In this document: positions 33,501-41,449 of the stretch, piece by piece
How positions within the stretch are numbered: the stretch's first letter is position 1
Layout: the number at the start of each line of letters is the position of its first letter
IMG/VR virus record: IMGVR_UViG_3300042888_000791
Coordinates: 1-61,756 of that record
Length of the DNA stretch: 61,756 nucleotides
DNA from: a virus
Taxonomy: Duplodnaviria; Caudoviricetes
Direction: 5' to 3' (one strand)
Notes under the pieces: model-generated
What the model saw: the letters and a program-made list of their open reading frames with translations, nothing else
What the model was told of the DNA's origin: nothing
Databases searched by the model: none
Position numbers and translations under genes: made by a program

Positions 33501-36500
33501 TCAAGAAGATAGTGTAGCACTGGAATTACCTAAAGCATCATTATCTGAATCAATAATAGATGGTGTTAAAATACAAGGATATAAATTATTAAACTTTAGT
33601 AGAACATTTGCTACTGTATTAGATAAACTTTCTAATACAACCAATGTTTCTAATGCTGTTGATAAATTAGCTAAGTTAGCTGAGTATGATGCTAACTATG
33701 TTAGACTTTTTGCTAGAGTATCTAAACAAACAAATCCTAAAATAGGTATTAGTAGAACTATTCCTTTTAGTGATTTTGATCATAATGACTGGAGATTTTT
33801 TATTCAGTTTATGCAAACATTTACTAAACAAAAACCTGAAGCATTAATACAATATGTTTCAGCTGAAGGAACATATACAGGTCCTGCTAATTTATATACA
33901 GCAATTAAAACAACTCAAAATAATTGGATTGAAAATATAAAAACACTTGCTGCTACACCAGGTAATTTAGTAACTAGATCTGGTAATGTATATCAAATTA
34001 AAAGTTTTCAAGGTAGAATAGATCAAGACCAATCAGGAAAATGGAGAGCTATATCTCCTTATGGTGATATTACATATCATAAATCAGAAAAAGAAGCTAC
34101 TGAAGAAGCTAAAGATTTAAGTATTAAAATTAGATCAGGAAAAGACCAAGTTAAATTCTTATCTGAATTAGGTATTGAGTTTCCATATGATGTATATACT
34201 AAATTAAAAGCTAGTCAAAAAAATATATTTGTACAACAAGTTACATCTATATATACATACTTTGGTGAAAATAATGACCTTATGAGTCTTTCTGGTAAAA
34301 CATTAAAAATTAATGGTCCTCTTTCTAAATTAGCTGAATTACTTAATAAAGTAACAAATCCTAATCAAGATTCTACATATTTTGGTGTAGAAGGTCAAAG
34401 AATAGGTGCATTTGCAGAAAACAATGCTCCATCATTATTTGAGAATATGTTTAATGAAGTGGATACATTAGAAGAACTTTTAAAAGCAAGACCAGAATTA
34501 AATGACCTTTATTCTAATGGTAGTCAAGTTCTTAAAAAAGGAGGATTGTTTTTTGATAAAGAGGGTAATAGAATTAAAACTATGAAAGTATCTTATATTC
34601 AAGGTACTAAATTAGCAGATGATAATAAAGGAATTGCTACATCTAATTTAACATTAGGTGCTAGATTTACACAAGAAATAAATCAAAACTTAGATGGTAA
34701 CTATTATATAATTATTCCTGCAGATGGATCTACAGAGTGGATGATGAACCTTGGTAATAACATTGAATTAAAAACTATTAACTCAGCAAAATCTTGGTCA
34801 CAAATTCACACAGTATTTAAAGGATATTTGAATGATGATGTTGCTTTAGCTCTTGATTATAAAAATAGAGAAAAATTAAATAATATTGGATCAGGTCAAA
34901 GAATAGCAAAACTTCAAAAAGAATTTGATATTCTATATGACAAAAAAGATAAAACAGTTTCAGAAAAGAAAAGACAAAATGAAATATCTGAAGAGATATT
35001 TAAATTAGTGGATAAATCTAAACAACTTAGATTCTTTAAAGAAATTTTATTTGATAAACAATTAAATAAAATTAATGAAATGATTGATGAAAATCAATCT
35101 CAAGAAGAAATTGAAAAGTATATTACTAGTGAAACAAAAAATATTAATAAAGCTATTACAGAATATATTAATAATACAGTTGAAAGAACAAAAGAAATTC
35201 TTCTTGAAAATAATGAAATTACAATGCAAGTAAAAAAAGATGTTATAACTTATAGTTATGATAATCTTGATATGACTGCACTTAATAAATCATTAGGTAA
35301 AAATGCTTTAAACAATAAAAAATTAACTGAAAGTAATGTTAATGATATTTTGATATATGTTAATGTTAACTATATTATTAATAATATTGAATACCATAAA
35401 GTGTTATTTGGTGATCCATTTCAATTTGCTATTAAAAAAGATGGTTCTTTAGATGAACCAAAACGTATTAAATCATTTTTATCTCCAAGAAGAACTACTT
35501 TTGATACTCCAGAGTATAATACTTTTTTAAATGATGAAATGAATAATGTTAATGGTATCCAATTAAAACCCGGAGATCCAGGATACCATCAATATAAGTC
35601 TTATACTAATACATTAACAGTTAAAGATATTAATATAGTGGGTAGTCTTGCTAATTTGGTAGAAGCTTATGCTGGAACTAATGAAGCAGATGCTATGTCT
35701 TGGTTAATGGATAATACATACAAAGAAGTTAAATTAAAAAATGGTCAATGGAGTGAAGAAGCAGAGGATTTCCACCAATGGCAAATGGCTTTTACAAGAC
35801 AAAATTTACCTGGCTATAAATATTCTTCAACAGAATTAGAAAAATTAGATAGAGAATTAGTTTCTAAAAAATCACCAAAACATACACTAGAAATTTTAAA
35901 ACCAATTGTTACAGGTAATAAATATAATAAAGACCAATTTGATCTTGTTTTAGATAAGTTTTCTCAAATGCCTATTTACTATAGTATGGTAAAAGGTACT
36001 AATATGGAAAAACTTTATATTCAAATGATGAAACAAGGTATGGGTTATGCTATTGTAGAATCTGGAAGAAAAATTGGGGCTGAAGAAATGCACTCTTTAT
36101 ATAATGAAGATGGTACATTTAATGAAGAAGCTTTTAATAATAAAGTACAAATTCCATGGAAAGCATATGGTATTCAAGTGGAAACAACCACAGAAGGTGA
36201 AAAAGTACAAACAAGAGGTTCCCAGCTTACTAAAATGGCTAGTATGGATTTATTTGATAATGGTATAGCTACTAGTGTTAAAGCTCAACAAGAGTATGAA
36301 AGAAATACTAATTTATTAAATTTAATGCATGAAAATGCATATAATGAATTACTTATTAAATTAGGTATTACTGAAGAAGATGGTGATTATACAATGGAAA
36401 ATGGCAAGTCTGTATCTGAGACTTTGATGCATGAAATGATGCGTAGAGAACTTTCTGATAATGCTATTGATACAATTGCACTTAATGAAGAAAATCAATT

Positions 36501-39500
36501 CTTAATTCCATTTGAAGCATCTCCTTCCTATATACAAATAAGAAGTATTATATACTCAATGATTGCTAAATCACTTACTTCTCCCAAAGTAGCAGGTGGT
36601 GCGCATGTACAGGTTCCTATTACTATGTTTGAAAAAGCATCCGAAGGAAGAAGTCTTATGAATAAAAATAAAAAAGGTGTTTGGGAAAAAATTAGTAAAG
36701 ATAAATATAAAACTCTTACAGCTGAAGAAAAATCTAAAGTGTTATTAGGCGATGATACACTTAAATTTTATGTAGATGAAGACGGTAAACGTTATTGTGA
36801 AATAATGGTTCCTCATTGGTTTAAAACTAAGTTTGGTAATATGACTGATGAAGAAATATTAAATTACTTAAATACTGAAGAAGGTTCTAAAATATTATCT
36901 GGTATTGGATTTAGAATACCTACACAATCACTTTCTTCTGTTGAAGTATTTAAAGTGAAAGGATTTCTTCCACAATACATGGGAGCAACTGTTGTAGTGC
37001 CTTCTGAGATAACAACTAAAGCGGGATCTGACTTTGATATTGATAAGTTAAATATGTACCTTAAATCAGTTTATACTGATGTTAATGGTAATGTTAGATT
37101 AGTTACATATAAAGGTTCTGAACAACAAACTAAAGATTTTTATGCACAAGTATTTGAAAATACAATTCAAAAAGAAATTAATACAATTACAAAGTATGAT
37201 GAATTTAGAACAATTTTATTTTCAATATTTGATACATTAGAAAGTCTTAATACTAATCTTTCAGAAAACCAACAAGATTTTTATTATGCTCATGGTAATA
37301 TGATTGATAATATTATTTTACAAGCTGATAATGAAGATATGTTACCTTCTGAATACATGCTAAATCAAATAAGTACTTTAGCAGGTAAGGAAGGGATATT
37401 AAATGCTAAATTATTATCCACAACATTAAAAGATAAATTTGTAAAAGAGATGTATAAAAAATCTCTTGAAAATGAATATTATGATTCATTAGAAAAATTA
37501 CTTACACTTCCTGAAAACTTTTCTAAATTAATAGCACCAGTAGGTGATGCTGGTTTAAAAGCTTTAGCTAAGCGTTTAGATGATTTACAAGGGTATAATG
37601 AAACAAGTGTTAAAAATAGATTGTTAGATAGAAATTATATGACAAATTTAAGACACTCATTTGTTGTAGCTAAAAAATGGGTAGGGGTAGCAGCTGTTAA
37701 TATTACTAATTTATCATTAAAACAAAAAAGTAAAATATATATTGATCCTACTAGATTTGAAAGTTTATCTAAAGAAGATAAAAGATTTATTGGAGATGGT
37801 ACAATATTATTAGACCATAATACAGTAGAAATAAATGGTGTAGATTATATTTCTTTATCCGGTACTACAGTAAAAGATAGTGACGAATTAATTTCTAGTA
37901 GATATTCTGGATATGCAACAGCATTTGTGGATGTAGCTAAAGATCCATTTATTATGAAAATTATTAAATCTGATTTAGTTATTGGTACATTTATGTTTTT
38001 AGAAAACATTGGTGCTGGTGAACAAGCAGCTTTCTTTTTAAACCAACCTATTATACAAGAGTATTTAAAACTATTAGATGCTAAAAGTTCAAGATGGTTA
38101 TTTACTAGAAAAAATATTACAGCTGTAAGAGAAAAGTTTCCAACTACAATTGAATTAATAAATTCTGTTGGTATTGATAAAACTAATTTTGAAAAAAATA
38201 TTACAGATTATTATACACCAGATAATAAATTAAGTGAAGCAAGAAATGCTGAACAACAACTAATATTAGAAGAGTTTTTAAAATATGCTAAAATGGCTGA
38301 GTTTAATTTTAAATTTACTCAAGCTACTAATTATGATACTACTAGATTTGGTAGTGGAGATGAATTTACAAGAAAACAATTAAGAACAGCAGAAGCATTT
38401 TCAAGTAATATTATATCCTCTACAAATAAAATTATGGATAATACTTTTATAGGTGTACAAGAAAACCTTTTAGGAAAATCTATGCAAGCTATGGGTGCTA
38501 TCTTTAAACTAGAAGAAGATCAATTTAGAGTGATAACAAATGCTGTATTAAAATCTTATGGGTTAAATAGCTTTATTGGTGCAGATGCATTTAATAAAAT
38601 AGCTTTACAAGTTAAATCTTCTTTCTTAGACTATATTATACAAACTAAAGTGGGTCTTAATAAAGATATTGAAGCACTTCTTGTTGATGAGTCAACTTCA
38701 GTAGCAAGTAGATTAGAACAAGCTAAAAAAGACTATCCTAATTTAGAAATTATTAGAGATTTACAAGTAGTATCTAGTGATAGAGTGGGTGGGGCAAAAA
38801 GTATTAAACTTAATGTTAATACTAAAGATGCTTATGATGAAAATCTTTATACTGGTTATATGAGAGAAATGAGAGATTATGATGAAAACTTAAAATCTCT
38901 TTATAATGATATTGTACATCTTTCTATATTACAAGGTACATACCAATCTCCTATATCTATTAAAAATATTATTCCAATAGAAGATTACAGTAGAATTGTA
39001 GAACCTATTATTACACCACTTGTAGCTGATGGAGATCTTGAAGCATTTACACAAGGTATGTTCCAAAGAAATAATTTTAAAAATACAGATATATTTCCAC
39101 AATTTCAACCTGCATTTTATGAAACTAATAATGAACCTATAATTGATCAATATTTTAATGAAACATATACATATTCCTCTCCAGCATTTATGAAAATTGA
39201 ATCTTTAGCAATAACACCTAATCAAAGAAAAGTTATGTTATTAGATGTTGAAAAAGATGCATTTAGTATAAACAATGAATTTCTTTCTGTACCTAGAGTA
39301 ATTAGAAATAAATGGAATGGAGATATTGATTTTATAACAGGTCAAACTATTCATCCAGCAGATTATTCTATGAGAAAAGCTAAAGGAGATCTTTCATTAA
39401 AAGATGTATTTGGTTACCAAAAAGTTAGACTTGATTCTGGAGAACCTCTTATTTATTATAAAAAAATAATAAAAGATGGAATAGTTACATATAAAGAACA

Positions 39501-41448
39501 ACATGTTTATAAATTAATTAATTTATATGGTGAAGGGCAACTAGCAACTGAACATTATCCAGATTTTAAAAAATCTGTATTAAATAATGGTACAAGAAAA
39601 ATAGATAATGAAATTCCTAATGCTGAACTTATTAATCATTTTGGTGGTGCAAATCCTTTAGCTGAAAATATAGTTACAGAAGAGCAATTACTTACTGAAC
39701 CAGTAAAAGAAAAACCTTCTATATTTGATTTAAGAAATGTTCCTTTAGATTATACAGAAGGACAAAGAGTAGCATTAAATGATGTAGCTAATATGATTGA
39801 TAGTAATAAACAAAACTATTACTTATTAGCTGGATATGCAGGTACAGGTAAAACAACTCTTACAGAAAATATTGCTAAATATGCACAGGAAAGTGGTAGA
39901 ACTGTTTCTATTCTAGCACCTACTAATAAAGCTGCTAAAGTGTTAAATGATAAATTAAAATCAACAGGTGTTAGTGCCAATGCACAAACAATACATAAAG
40001 CAATTTATGGTGAACCTAATGAATTTGGTGAATGGGTACCAACTGCTCCTCTTAAAAATTCTGTTATAATTGTTGATGAATCTTCTATGATTGATAAAAA
40101 TGTCATGAATGATTTATTAAATAATACTAAAGGAAATAATATTGTTATTTTTATGGGTGATGGTTTTCAATTAGAACAAATTGGTGAAGATTCAAAATTA
40201 TTTACATCACTTGAAAACAAATCTCCATTTGAAAATGAATATGGTGTAAAACTTTATGGCTCTACACAATTAACTGAAGTAAAAAGACAATCATTAGATT
40301 CAGATATATTAAAAGTGGCTACATTACAAAGAACAGATAATAAATCTTATATACCATCTGAAACTGTAGGAGATTTTAAAGTGGCTAAATCTAGAGATGA
40401 ATTTTTAGAAGACTATAGAGAGTCTATTAGAAATAATGATAATTCTGTAATGGTTGTAGCTACAAATGAAGAAAGAATAGCAATGAATAAAATTGCTAGA
40501 ATAGTAAAATTTGGTCCTGATAGAAATGTATTAGAAAATGGTGAAGTATTAATAGCTATTGCTAACTCAACAGATTATTCTAATTCTGAAATATTTAAAG
40601 CTGATACAGTAAGAGATGATTCTACTAAACACACATTAACCTTTACAACTCCTCAAGGAAAAGTAGAAACTTACGATATGTATTTTTCTTATATAGTAGG
40701 AGAAGATGGTATTGAAAGAAAAGTGTTTCATTTTCCAAATGTAGCAAGAGCTAGTATGTATCATGCCCAAGTATTAGATGCTATTAAAAATAGTGATGAA
40801 GCTTTATATGATGAATTAAATAATGACCAAGATATAATTTTTAGTAAAAAAGGAATAGCAAAACTTTCTCCTGCTATTGTTATAGCTACTTATGGGTATG
40901 CTATAACAGGGCATAAATCACAAGGTTCACAATGGGATAAAGTTTTTGTAAATCAAAACTATGTAGCCCCAAGTTGGAATGGTGCTAGATGGTTTTATAC
41001 AGCTATAACAAGAGCAGCACAACAAGTTGAAGTTATGCCTACAGCAAACAATACAAGAATTTCTCCAGAAGAAATTAATAAAAGAATTGATAGTATTGCA
41101 GAAGAGTCAACTCCTATAGAAGAAGTACAAACTGAAGAACCAAAACTTCAAGATAGACAAATACAAGTGGAACAATTTAAAATCACTATTAAACCTGATG
41201 GAAAAATGTTTTATGATAATGGTAAAGAGGTAACAGATCAAACTACTATTAATAAAGTAAATGTAAGAAAAGAATTACAAGATGGAACTTTAAGAACTTC
41301 TATATACAATAAAGCAAATTATTTTGTACTTTTGGATGGTAAAATTGTAGGAAGTGGTAAAACTAATCTTGGAAAAGAAAGCATCACTGATCCTAAAATT
41401 AAAGAAGCAATATTGGCTAAGGCTGTAACTTATAAAAAAGAATGTTAA
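27520..41448 (+). CDS. Giant virion-packaged DNA-dependent RNA polymerase polyprotein with C-terminal SF1B (RecD/Dda-like) helicase
   Basis: RIPTQ...GSDFDIDKL catalytic motif (DFDID at 37030-37044) characteristic of crAss-like RNAPs; helicase motifs GYAGTGKTT, APTNKAA, TIHK, VDESSM, GD..QL, LTEVKRQ, YAITGHKSQGSQW, YTAITRA at about 39750-41035. Confidence 0.9.
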   Translation: MPIFDNELVGNPTEGLTPYFQPKGELASPHTTDVNTSMYFGHTPEQNVTYKGGFTLDQLSEISSVPNKATFDSPFQMIPKSELLANKRYGMYERDKDLENIYSVNQSWGAQLGNGILKMGATAAGTFAQGFATLPNTISAIKNGQLKDLSNPDGYESDIDTWLKNIEDTLPNYYSRHEKEHPFLAAIPGFAGSANFWGDKVIKNIGFTVGAIGSAVAQDALVGLATEGIGEIPLIGAQISKAALYLNKIFSAETKVGRVLGATEKGLLTRTLEAASIEGLSGEALLTTRQLAASASLAKITDAGRYYLNLYGSARTEAAIEARDGYRQIKEELTNQYKLDNYGTDPSIEDTQVIEQYATDAMNTRFGINMAILTVSNAIQFDNMLKPFSTASTKGLTSSLVQDVQKAGKIGLKEGSLDTFEKQIPKTFRGKVWSSVKPTIPLVLSEGIYEEGGQYAAERGTYDYYTRKYKNPTTGKNKQTWDSVDEIINSTVKGLKDQFSTTEGLENMFIGALSSIITGGLMSKVDTIKGQGKDKRLQSSINLLNNNGLTGILQNKYGDTIDAVGIAKDMKEAASSGNIFQYKNLQHKAFFNFVNSRIPSGLHETTIMQLEMLKELDKDQFEKMFGIDFSTSNKSTVNEYVDALVSKANSIKSSVDALDATFKNPYKQVTDPKTDEDHLENYKFNTFNMWKTDLLFDSSIAVDSNNRLDSIEKNSMKINSFLNNDVLAKLTKKESLQTLATTYEENANRLQNTITDLTSAEDRKNIKQQMKTFRTYSERINLDLKDEERSPELFNSLLNFELNNQDSSKDAIVGFEHASTLMTNGVDVNNIKEAKRKAALNFEYLATEKGFDKYFEQQKQIAKDHAETIDIDHEVVPDTPIFINKDKEQEPVELNREYEIKATKRATVKKLAEDRFQVTHPDGTFTYHTTRDLANESAKEITDENTNLSKVKVLAINSDGTLKVEDKNGDIINIDPNRLKGYRRILTDQEKLQKDKEQIKKQQIAISKKSGNIPTPDTSLIDTKEPPLKDKTKLFTSTTTESETWDKAKDSAPHVTRSRAFLNKVKKFNKKIGKVKAILVTSKMEKALGLEGLAAMSYGTNDMSDVNHIQKGFVAAVFTVQDKTGIYFVDEDGNKLSKVREQVDLNKVIFQTMPTTSLTNSKGFPKNRSDQKVEAAAYAKGWGIFREKLFTLDGTQKPKPMEFSVSRGLAKVNSGTRERNQVGGILIDENKIATQEGLIVIPTTGTIAHNNEAVGFPNGVPVLQYADTLEALNNRKFTNTEAKTIFEVIKALADEVVKQSSSNQAIEFNKEYTSFLQNILYWKLGATESDNQIRINEETLSLELGKKTYSFAEIANFEKDIIDQLSKAYISVNNNTLTNNFADEFTEFMFIGNKLIPITWENYQVYLLGSKYPNGSTRKAEETPLVTAVAKPSDSVPYTHIAKYATLEGIEFPIDAVTPAPKQTPVTPPSAAGKFVLDGVTQNKLDIIGFGEITFTAKEGEEPQFDTTSEEYMNVGMKLFDSSNSYRLKQGQPEVKLEELVGTIKEFVTNSIKKAIEVQKIPTPTTYNLEGTAPNTYTIPNFGTVTFTVVEGENPKFDEDAEFKKVQQKFIDAVNKTKPGTPKAKAIDMANAAILALVNKEIGNTVIPQPAVNKPKPGSTIAPSDDFRLVGLEDKDVMTEEEIQLFKEWMNENLPFIPYEILEQIITTNTGDKAWGVFENNVAKFVKGGLKGTEYHEVMEAIWNGMLSPEERNNIIEDERSTGGTFVDRVTGKTYEYADAPEQILKERIMDDFSDYRLGKLPARSLGERIQRFFRAILDFFSSFVSNPSLKEQLFKEVNSGKFKERTLNDSTISNLAEYRAAGELSEQQTNNIVQDMTARAAGILFSEGNLDLLYSPDRITSQEMFNRIEERYASEGRLSLISDNAWKELKEKTKNKLRTLGVGFDTNDQVSINDEEANKNDYAPEPFSVDWKKNSTGPVKFTLATLFEAVASNQEDSVALELPKASLSESIIDGVKIQGYKLLNFSRTFATVLDKLSNTTNVSNAVDKLAKLAEYDANYVRLFARVSKQTNPKIGISRTIPFSDFDHNDWRFFIQFMQTFTKQKPEALIQYVSAEGTYTGPANLYTAIKTTQNNWIENIKTLAATPGNLVTRSGNVYQIKSFQGRIDQDQSGKWRAISPYGDITYHKSEKEATEEAKDLSIKIRSGKDQVKFLSELGIEFPYDVYTKLKASQKNIFVQQVTSIYTYFGENNDLMSLSGKTLKINGPLSKLAELLNKVTNPNQDSTYFGVEGQRIGAFAENNAPSLFENMFNEVDTLEELLKARPELNDLYSNGSQVLKKGGLFFDKEGNRIKTMKVSYIQGTKLADDNKGIATSNLTLGARFTQEINQNLDGNYYIIIPADGSTEWMMNLGNNIELKTINSAKSWSQIHTVFKGYLNDDVALALDYKNREKLNNIGSGQRIAKLQKEFDILYDKKDKTVSEKKRQNEISEEIFKLVDKSKQLRFFKEILFDKQLNKINEMIDENQSQEEIEKYITSETKNINKAITEYINNTVERTKEILLENNEITMQVKKDVITYSYDNLDMTALNKSLGKNALNNKKLTESNVNDILIYVNVNYIINNIEYHKVLFGDPFQFAIKKDGSLDEPKRIKSFLSPRRTTFDTPEYNTFLNDEMNNVNGIQLKPGDPGYHQYKSYTNTLTVKDINIVGSLANLVEAYAGTNEADAMSWLMDNTYKEVKLKNGQWSEEAEDFHQWQMAFTRQNLPGYKYSSTELEKLDRELVSKKSPKHTLEILKPIVTGNKYNKDQFDLVLDKFSQMPIYYSMVKGTNMEKLYIQMMKQGMGYAIVESGRKIGAEEMHSLYNEDGTFNEEAFNNKVQIPWKAYGIQVETTTEGEKVQTRGSQLTKMASMDLFDNGIATSVKAQQEYERNTNLLNLMHENAYNELLIKLGITEEDGDYTMENGKSVSETLMHEMMRRELSDNAIDTIALNEENQFLIPFEASPSYIQIRSIIYSMIAKSLTSPKVAGGAHVQVPITMFEKASEGRSLMNKNKKGVWEKISKDKYKTLTAEEKSKVLLGDDTLKFYVDEDGKRYCEIMVPHWFKTKFGNMTDEEILNYLNTEEGSKILSGIGFRIPTQSLSSVEVFKVKGFLPQYMGATVVVPSEITTKAGSDFDIDKLNMYLKSVYTDVNGNVRLVTYKGSEQQTKDFYAQVFENTIQKEINTITKYDEFRTILFSIFDTLESLNTNLSENQQDFYYAHGNMIDNIILQADNEDMLPSEYMLNQISTLAGKEGILNAKLLSTTLKDKFVKEMYKKSLENEYYDSLEKLLTLPENFSKLIAPVGDAGLKALAKRLDDLQGYNETSVKNRLLDRNYMTNLRHSFVVAKKWVGVAAVNITNLSLKQKSKIYIDPTRFESLSKEDKRFIGDGTILLDHNTVEINGVDYISLSGTTVKDSDELISSRYSGYATAFVDVAKDPFIMKIIKSDLVIGTFMFLENIGAGEQAAFFLNQPIIQEYLKLLDAKSSRWLFTRKNITAVREKFPTTIELINSVGIDKTNFEKNITDYYTPDNKLSEARNAEQQLILEEFLKYAKMAEFNFKFTQATNYDTTRFGSGDEFTRKQLRTAEAFSSNIISSTNKIMDNTFIGVQENLLGKSMQAMGAIFKLEEDQFRVITNAVLKSYGLNSFIGADAFNKIALQVKSSFLDYIIQTKVGLNKDIEALLVDESTSVASRLEQAKKDYPNLEIIRDLQVVSSDRVGGAKSIKLNVNTKDAYDENLYTGYMREMRDYDENLKSLYNDIVHLSILQGTYQSPISIKNIIPIEDYSRIVEPIITPLVADGDLEAFTQGMFQRNNFKNTDIFPQFQPAFYETNNEPIIDQYFNETYTYSSPAFMKIESLAITPNQRKVMLLDVEKDAFSINNEFLSVPRVIRNKWNGDIDFITGQTIHPADYSMRKAKGDLSLKDVFGYQKVRLDSGEPLIYYKKIIKDGIVTYKEQHVYKLINLYGEGQLATEHYPDFKKSVLNNGTRKIDNEIPNAELINHFGGANPLAENIVTEEQLLTEPVKEKPSIFDLRNVPLDYTEGQRVALNDVANMIDSNKQNYYLLAGYAGTGKTTLTENIAKYAQESGRTVSILAPTNKAAKVLNDKLKSTGVSANAQTIHKAIYGEPNEFGEWVPTAPLKNSVIIVDESSMIDKNVMNDLLNNTKGNNIVIFMGDGFQLEQIGEDSKLFTSLENKSPFENEYGVKLYGSTQLTEVKRQSLDSDILKVATLQRTDNKSYIPSETVGDFKVAKSRDEFLEDYRESIRNNDNSVMVVATNEERIAMNKIARIVKFGPDRNVLENGEVLIAIANSTDYSNSEIFKADTVRDDSTKHTLTFTTPQGKVETYDMYFSYIVGEDGIERKVFHFPNVARASMYHAQVLDAIKNSDEALYDELNNDQDIIFSKKGIAKLSPAIVIATYGYAITGHKSQGSQWDKVFVNQNYVAPSWNGARWFYTAITRAAQQVEVMPTANNTRISPEEINKRIDSIAEESTPIEEVQTEEPKLQDRQIQVEQFKITIKPDGKMFYDNGKEVTDQTTINKVNVRKELQDGTLRTSIYNKANYFVLLDGKIVGSGKTNLGKESITDPKIKEAILAKAVTYKKEC

Positions 41449-41449
41449 G

